Positions 59,057-64,000 of a DNA stretch of 64,000 nucleotides are shown here, one piece after another. Source of the stretch: Bacteroidota bacterium (GTDB lineage Bacteria > Bacteroidota > Ignavibacteria > Kryptoniales > JAKASW01); NCBI GenBank assembly GCA_023381615.1, contig JAMCQL010000037.1, positions 288-64,287 of the forward strand, given 5' to 3'. The translations under genes and the position numbers were made by a program. Every line of letters begins with the position of its first letter. Position 1 is the stretch's first letter. The notes below the pieces were generated by a model. That model made no database searches, was not told the origin of the DNA, and was given only the letters and a program-made list of their open reading frames with translations.

Positions 59057-60025
59057 ATGGAGGAAACATTGGCAGGAAATAAGTCCGAAGGATCCAGTGG
59101 AAAAGATTGGGCATTGATACTCGGTGCATCAAGCGGTTTCGGCGGAGCAACCTCAATTGAGCTTGCCAAGAACGGATTCAATATTTTCGGAGTTCATTTC
59201 GACCGCGCAGCCACCATGCCGCAGGTCAATGAGATAATCGAGAAAATAAAGTCAAGTGGTTCCAAGGCGGTTTTTTATAACATAAACGCGGTTGATGAAA
59301 AAGCGAGAGAAAAGTCACTTGATGAGATGAAACAAATCGTCTTGTCCGCAGGTCAACGACTTGTCCACGACCCTTCGGGTCGAGAGACCTCGACGAGTCG
59401 AGTCGTCGACCGTTGGGACTCGTCGAGATCCTTCGGACAGGACAAAGACGCTTCGATAAAAGTGATCATGCATTCTCTTGCCTTTGGAAGTTTAGGCCCG
59501 TATTTCGGGAAAACGCCTGAAGATTCGATGAACCGGAAACGCGTCGAGATGACGCTCGATGTGATGGCCAATTCGCTTGTCTACTGGACGCAGGGAGTTT
59601 TCTTCAGAGGGCTTCTTAAGAAAGGCGGCCGAATTTTTGCAATGACGAGTTCCGGCGGTCACACTGTTCTGCCCAATTACGGCGCGGTCTCTGCCGCCAA
59701 AGCGGCACTCGAATCTCACATTCGCCAGATTGCAATGGAACTTGGACCCTACGGCGTGACTGCAAATTCGATTATGGCAGGCGTTACAGATACACCGGCA
59801 CTAAGAAAAATTCCAAACGCTGGGCCCATGTTAGAAATCGCCAGGAGAAAGAATCCAACCAGCAGAGTAACTACTCCTGAAGACGTCGCAAAAGCCATTG
59901 CGCTTCTTTGCGATGAGAGGGCTCATTTTATCAGCGGTAACTTAATCGGCGTCGACGGCGGCGAAGATATCGTGAGCTACATAGGTCAACGTTCACCGCA
60001 AGACTTAGGTGATGGAACCGTCTGA
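59057..60025 (+). CDS. SDR-family enoyl-ACP reductase-like protein (FabL-like) with an about 33-aa insertion
   Basis: ILGASSGFGG (Gly motif), MTSSGG...YGAVSAAKAALE (S...YxxxK), ...NLIGVDGGEDI. The spacing between the Gly motif and the MHSLAFG strand is about 35-40 residues longer than in classical SDRs. Confidence 0.7.
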   Translation: MEETLAGNKSEGSSGKDWALILGASSGFGGATSIELAKNGFNIFGVHFDRAATMPQVNEIIEKIKSSGSKAVFYNINAVDEKAREKSLDEMKQIVLSAGQRLVHDPSGRETSTSRVVDRWDSSRSFGQDKDASIKVIMHSLAFGSLGPYFGKTPEDSMNRKRVEMTLDVMANSLVYWTQGVFFRGLLKKGGRIFAMTSSGGHTVLPNYGAVSAAKAALESHIRQIAMELGPYGVTANSIMAGVTDTPALRKIPNAGPMLEIARRKNPTSRVTTPEDVAKAIALLCDERAHFISGNLIGVDGGEDIVSYIGQRSPQDLGDGTV

Positions 60026-60174
60026 TCGTAATTGACAGAAAGATTCCTCGAAGTGCAGTTTGATCCATTGACCGTGATTTTTGTTTTTATAAAAGAATTG
60101 TGATTATCTGGATGAGATCAAAAGAGAAATTTTCGGATGGTGAAAAACAGTCTTATATTTGCTAAATAAGATAT

Positions 60175-61572
60175 ATGAATAGAGTCAAAAGAATCATCGC
60201 TGGATCGTCGCTTCTGCTTTTCTTTGTTTTGTCGAGCGCTGATGCACAGCATCTGCGGGTCAATTTCGATTATGCCACTTTTCGCTATGACTCGACACAA
60301 ACTTATGTCGAACTTTATTACGGTTTCAACAGAAACTCGGTGCATTTCAAAAAGGAAGATTCCCTGTACACCGCGACGGTACTATTTGCGCTCCGTGTCG
60401 AGCCGAATGGGAGGGATACTATAGCCTACCAACAGTTCTGGAAGGTTCCGATTAACGTTCCGGACACCTCCATTGGATATCTAAATCATAATTTGGTCGG
60501 ACAGATTGCGATGGCGCTTGAGCCTGGCAAATATAAGCTGTTCGTAGATGTGTTCGACGAAAACGATACGACGAATGTCGACAGCCTAAGGGGGACTCTG
60601 GAAGTGCCGGATTATTTTTCCAAGAAGCTTGAAGCGAGCGATGTCGAGCTTTGTTCCATGATTAGTTCCGAGGAAGCCAATCCACAGAGCGTTTTCTATA
60701 AGAACACTCTCAACGTCGTTCCGAACCCAGCTGGGATTTACGGCGCAGGTTTGCCGATAGTTTATTACTACGTCGAAGTGTACAATCTTTTGAATAGCGG
60801 AAGTGACAGCACGTTCAAAGTTGAATACCAAATTCGCGACAGCTTTGGACAGGTTCACAAGAGTTCCGAGAAAACCAAGACAAAATTTGGTAATTCAAGC
60901 GTCGAAGTCGGAACAGTCAATGCATCGAATCTGAAGACGGGCGCTTACACTTTCATCTTCACCGTGAGCGACTCCGCTGCGAATTTGTACGCAACTTCCT
61001 CGAAGAGGTTCTTTGTCTACAATCCCAATCTCGGTTCTCCGGTCGGGGAAGGCACGAGTCTTGCGGGCGCTTCGATCCTTTCGAGCGTCTATGCGGCGAT
61101 GGGCGAGGCGCAAATTGACAAAGAGTTCGCCGAAGCGCATTATATCGCGACAAACGCAGAGAAAAGCCAATACGAGAAGCTGAAAGGTGTCGACGCAAAG
61201 CGTCAGTTCATCTACGAATTCTGGAAAAGAAGAAATCCCGATCCCGTTTCGACAGTTAACGAGTACAGGCGCCAATACTTGCAGCGTGTCGCTTATGCCA
61301 ACGACCATTTCAGGGCAGGAAACAGGGAAGGCTGGCAAACAGACCGCGGCAGAGTTTATATAATGTATGGACAGCCGGACGAGGTTGACAGGCATCCGAA
61401 CGAAACAGATTCCAAGCCGTACGAAATCTGGTATTACAATTCGCTGCAAGGCGGAGTGAGTTTCGACTTCATCGACAAGACAGGCTTCGGGGACTACACC
61501 CTCGTCAACTCGACTATGCGGAACGAAATACAAGATCCTAATTGGCAGCAGTACCTTTCGCCCGGTAGATAG
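60175..61572 (+). CDS. GWxTD domain-containing secreted protein
   Basis: 465 aa. Signal peptide ...LLLFFVLSSADAQ, and C-terminal ...REGWQTDRGRVYIMYGQPDEVDRH...YEIWYY... Confidence 0.85.
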   Translation: MNRVKRIIAGSSLLLFFVLSSADAQHLRVNFDYATFRYDSTQTYVELYYGFNRNSVHFKKEDSLYTATVLFALRVEPNGRDTIAYQQFWKVPINVPDTSIGYLNHNLVGQIAMALEPGKYKLFVDVFDENDTTNVDSLRGTLEVPDYFSKKLEASDVELCSMISSEEANPQSVFYKNTLNVVPNPAGIYGAGLPIVYYYVEVYNLLNSGSDSTFKVEYQIRDSFGQVHKSSEKTKTKFGNSSVEVGTVNASNLKTGAYTFIFTVSDSAANLYATSSKRFFVYNPNLGSPVGEGTSLAGASILSSVYAAMGEAQIDKEFAEAHYIATNAEKSQYEKLKGVDAKRQFIYEFWKRRNPDPVSTVNEYRRQYLQRVAYANDHFRAGNREGWQTDRGRVYIMYGQPDEVDRHPNETDSKPYEIWYYNSLQGGVSFDFIDKTGFGDYTLVNSTMRNEIQDPNWQQYLSPGR

Positions 61573-61659
61573 CTCGCCTTTTTTATTTCGTTGACTTTTG
61601 CAGAACTTTAGGTAGAACTGGCATCTATTCTGACAATGTTAGTGTCTTAGCCGGAAGAG

Positions 61660-62100
61660 ATGAAAATGCCGAGTGAGAACATTAAAGGAAGAAGTTCGGG
61701 ATTTAACCCGCTCAATGAGTTGAGTTGTCAACCTAACAGATTCGAAGAGATCTCGCTCGTCGCAGGGGATGACGACAGCCGTTTCTTTCCCGACGAGGAT
61801 CCGACAGAACGGAAAGTTGAAACGAAATTTTATATTGACACTTCCAAAACAATTCTCGCAAAGAACGACAGCCCAGACATTCCATTCACTTACAGCTTGA
61901 ATCCGTATCGCGGATGCGAACATGGATGCATTTATTGTTACGCCAGACCTTCACACGAGTATTTGGGATTCTCTTCGGGGCTTGACTTCGAAACCAAGAT
62001 TATGGTAAAGGAGAATGCGCCCGAACTTCTTCACAAGACTTTCATGAAGAAGAGCTGGGTGCCGCAGATAATCGCATTGTCAGGCAATACGGATTGTTAG
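61660..62100 (+). pseudogene. radical-SAM protein (PA0069-like), 3'-truncated
   Basis: 146 aa. ...NPYRGCEHGCIYCYARPSHEYLGFSSGLDFETKIMVKENAPELL...ALSGNTDC* holds the CxxxCxxC cluster and then stops. I recall members of this family being about 350 aa, and the remaining half is absent from the window. Confidence 0.65.
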
Positions 62101-62264
62101 CTCCCTTGAAAATCCCTTTGGCATTTTCAAGGGAGAAAGAACATCAACACAAACCAGTGGGTGGCTTCTGACGGTGCTCATCTTCTATAACATTACTTAG
62201 GACAGGTCTGGTGCGAGGTAGAAAATGGAGAGTCGCCAGCGGTTAGCTGCTGCCAACAGGCCGT

Positions 62265-64000
62265 CTATTTTTGTAACACATCGTGAACCTTCTTTGCAAG
62301 AGCACGGGGGGTGAACGGCTTCTGAATGAATTCGATCCCTTCTTCAAGTATCCCACGATGCGCTATCACGTTCGCCGTGTAACCCGACATGAAAATCGTC
62401 TTGATGCCCGGCTTCAGCTTGTCGATCCGTTTCTTCAGTTCCTTACCGTTCATCACAGGCATTATCACGTCTGTAAGAAGAAGATCGATCTCTTCTGTGT
62501 ATTCCCCACATAGAAGTATAGCCTCACCTGGCGTCCATGCAGTCAAAACCTTGTAACCGTATTCCTCTAAACTGTTCTTTGCCAGCTCCAACAAGTCCGC
62601 TTGATCTTCAACCACAAGAACGGTTTCCGTTCCGACTGTTGATTTATCCTCCTCTATTTCCTCTGCCTCTTCGGCCTCTCCATAGAATCTCGGCAGATAT
62701 ATTTTCACCGTCGTTCCCTTGCCAAGTTCGCTGTAGACGTTTATGTTGCCTCCGTTTTGCTTCACGATCCCGTAAACAGTTGCCAGTCCAAGACCCGTGC
62801 CTTGCCCTTTGGGTTTTGTTGTGAAAAACGGCTCGAATATTTTTTCCTGTGTCGCTCTATCCATTCCTTTTCCCGTGTCTGTAAATCCGAGCATCACATA
62901 TTCACCGGGAAAGAATTCCGCATGACCATTTAAGTACGCCTCGTCAATCGCCACATTTGCAGTCTCAATCGTGATCGTTCCGATATCAGAGATCGCATCT
63001 CTCGCATTGGTTGCCAGATTGACAAGAATCTGGTCAAGTTGGGTCGGATCGATCTTTATGCTCCATAGACTTTTGCCAGGCATAAAAATCAATTTTATAT
63101 TTTCACCGATGAGCCTTTGAAGCATTTTCTGGATAGAATCGATTGATGTATTTACATTGAGAACCTTTGGGGAGACGATCTCTTTTCGTGCAAATGCAAG
63201 AAGCTGTCTCGTCAGGTCTTTGCCGCGGTTTGCCGCAGCAACAATGGATTGAATCTGACGATGCAGGGGGTCTTCTTTCTTCAGCTTGTTCTGGATCAGT
63301 TCTCCGTATCCCAGGATCACGCCGAGTATATTGTTGTAATCATGCGCCACGCCGCCGGCTAATCTTCCAATGCCCTCCAACTTCTGCGATTGTATGAGCC
63401 GCTTTTCAAGGGATTTCCGTTCGGTCTCATCTATGAGATACGCCTTGATTTGGATAAGCTCACCGTGCTCGTCGAATACTCCGATGAAATTTGCTTTTGC
63501 ATATAGCGGAGAATCGTCGCGCCGTCTCAACACGAGTTCGTGGTCAAAAAGTTTCCTCTGTTCCCGAATAAGGCCAAGAGTCTTTTCTCGCGATTCTTTG
63601 TCCAGGCAAAACTCGAAAATCTTTGTCGCAAGTGCTTCCTCGCGTGAATTGAGCCGAAACATCTTCACGTACGCCGGATTGCAATCCTCCACTCTTCCGT
63701 CGGGCTGAAAAAGAACGTCCGCCGTGGCGTCTTCTTCGAAGAAGGAGCGATACTGCTCCTCGCTCTTCTTCAATGCTTCTTCCATTCTCTTGCGGTCTGT
63801 GATGTCATAAGCGGAAGCTATGATTGCAGGCTTGTCATCAAATTCGATCAGAGTACCGCCAAAATCGATGTAGCGTTTTTCACCGTTCTTAGTGACGATA
63901 GCAAACTCGTAATGATCCGTAAATTTCAAACCTTTTAGCCGTGCAATGGCTCGCTGTTTGACGAAATCACGAAAATCGGGATGCACTAAGTCCATTACAT
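62265..64000 (-). CDS. hybrid sensor histidine kinase (PAS-PAS-HisKA-HATPase-REC), N-terminus beyond the right window edge
   Basis: H-box [31 protein letters not shown], and [13 protein letters not shown]...[14 protein letters not shown]. The listed Met (63995) lies inside a PAS domain and the frame stays open to the window end. Confidence 0.9.
   Translation of the reverse strand, partial: VMDLVHPDFRDFVKQRAIARLKGLKFTDHYEFAIVTKNGEKRYIDFGGTLIEFDDKPAIIASAYDITDRKRMEEALKKSEEQYRSFFEEDATADVLFQPDGRVEDCNPAYVKMFRLNSREEALATKIFEFCLDKESREKTLGLIREQRKLFDHELVLRRRDDSPLYAKANFIGVFDEHGELIQIKAYLIDETERKSLEKRLIQSQKLEGIGRLAGGVAHDYNNILGVILGYGELIQNKLKKEDPLHRQIQSIVAAANRGKDLTRQLLAFARKEIVSPKVLNVNTSIDSIQKMLQRLIGENIKLIFMPGKSLWSIKIDPTQLDQILVNLATNARDAISDIGTITIETANVAIDEAYLNGHAEFFPGEYVMLGFTDTGKGMDRATQEKIFEPFFTTKPKGQGTGLGLATVYGIVKQNGGNINVYSELGKGTTVKIYLPRFYGEAEEAEEIEEDKSTVGTETVLVVEDQADLLELAKNSLEEYGYKVLTAWTPGEAILLCGEYTEEIDLLLTDVIMPVMNGKELKKRIDKLKPGIKTIFMSGYTANVIAHRGILEEGIEFIQKPFTPRALAKKVHDVLQK

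Overview
This 64-kb window is a chromosomal, mostly housekeeping segment of a Gram-negative bacterium. The gene content (PorV/PorQ-like outer-membrane protein, GWxTD protein, KorAB, archaeal-type protein disulfide oxidoreductase, PpiD, DUF1800/DUF1501 pair) suggests an FCB-group lineage such as Ignavibacteria or Bacteroidota, but this is inference only.

Clear genes, in order:
- lon, dnaX, a four-gene partner-switching cluster, and two hybrid histidine kinases (one running off the right edge)
- a GT9 glycosyltransferase, tRNA-Gln, prs, L25/ctc, pth, rpsF-ssb-rpsR-rplI, ccdA, korAB, nrnA and pepA
- an eight-gene thiol-redox island (trxA to osmC)
- surE, an RRM RNA-binding protein, an SPFH protein, secDF, purA, ppiD, an arsR/thioredoxin-like/permease operon, a FabL-like reductase and a GWxTD protein

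No rRNA, CRISPR array or intact IS element was seen.

The unusual content is small-scale:
1. An intact tRNA-Gln is followed by two 100% identical GIY-YIG units. Each is fused to a copy of the tRNA 3' segment and ends in a tRNA-5'-like segment. A decayed third tRNA-like tail carries a 124-bp MITE with terminal inverted repeats (TIRs) and an 8-bp target duplication.
2. Related GATCCCG-type hairpin repeats are scattered through spacers. They also lie inside a decayed kinase gene and possibly, in frame, inside the fabL-like gene.
3. dnaX has an A9 slippery run with immediate stops in both alternative frames.
4. The lon-dnaX spacer holds decayed toxin-antitoxin genes and a 38-nt duplicate of the dnaX 5' end.
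5. There are several pseudogenes: an outer-membrane lipoprotein paralog with an in-frame TAA, a transposase C-terminal remnant, a histidine-kinase remnant and a truncated radical-SAM gene.
6. rpsF has no canonical start codon.

All functional calls rest on motifs read from the translations. No database search was possible.
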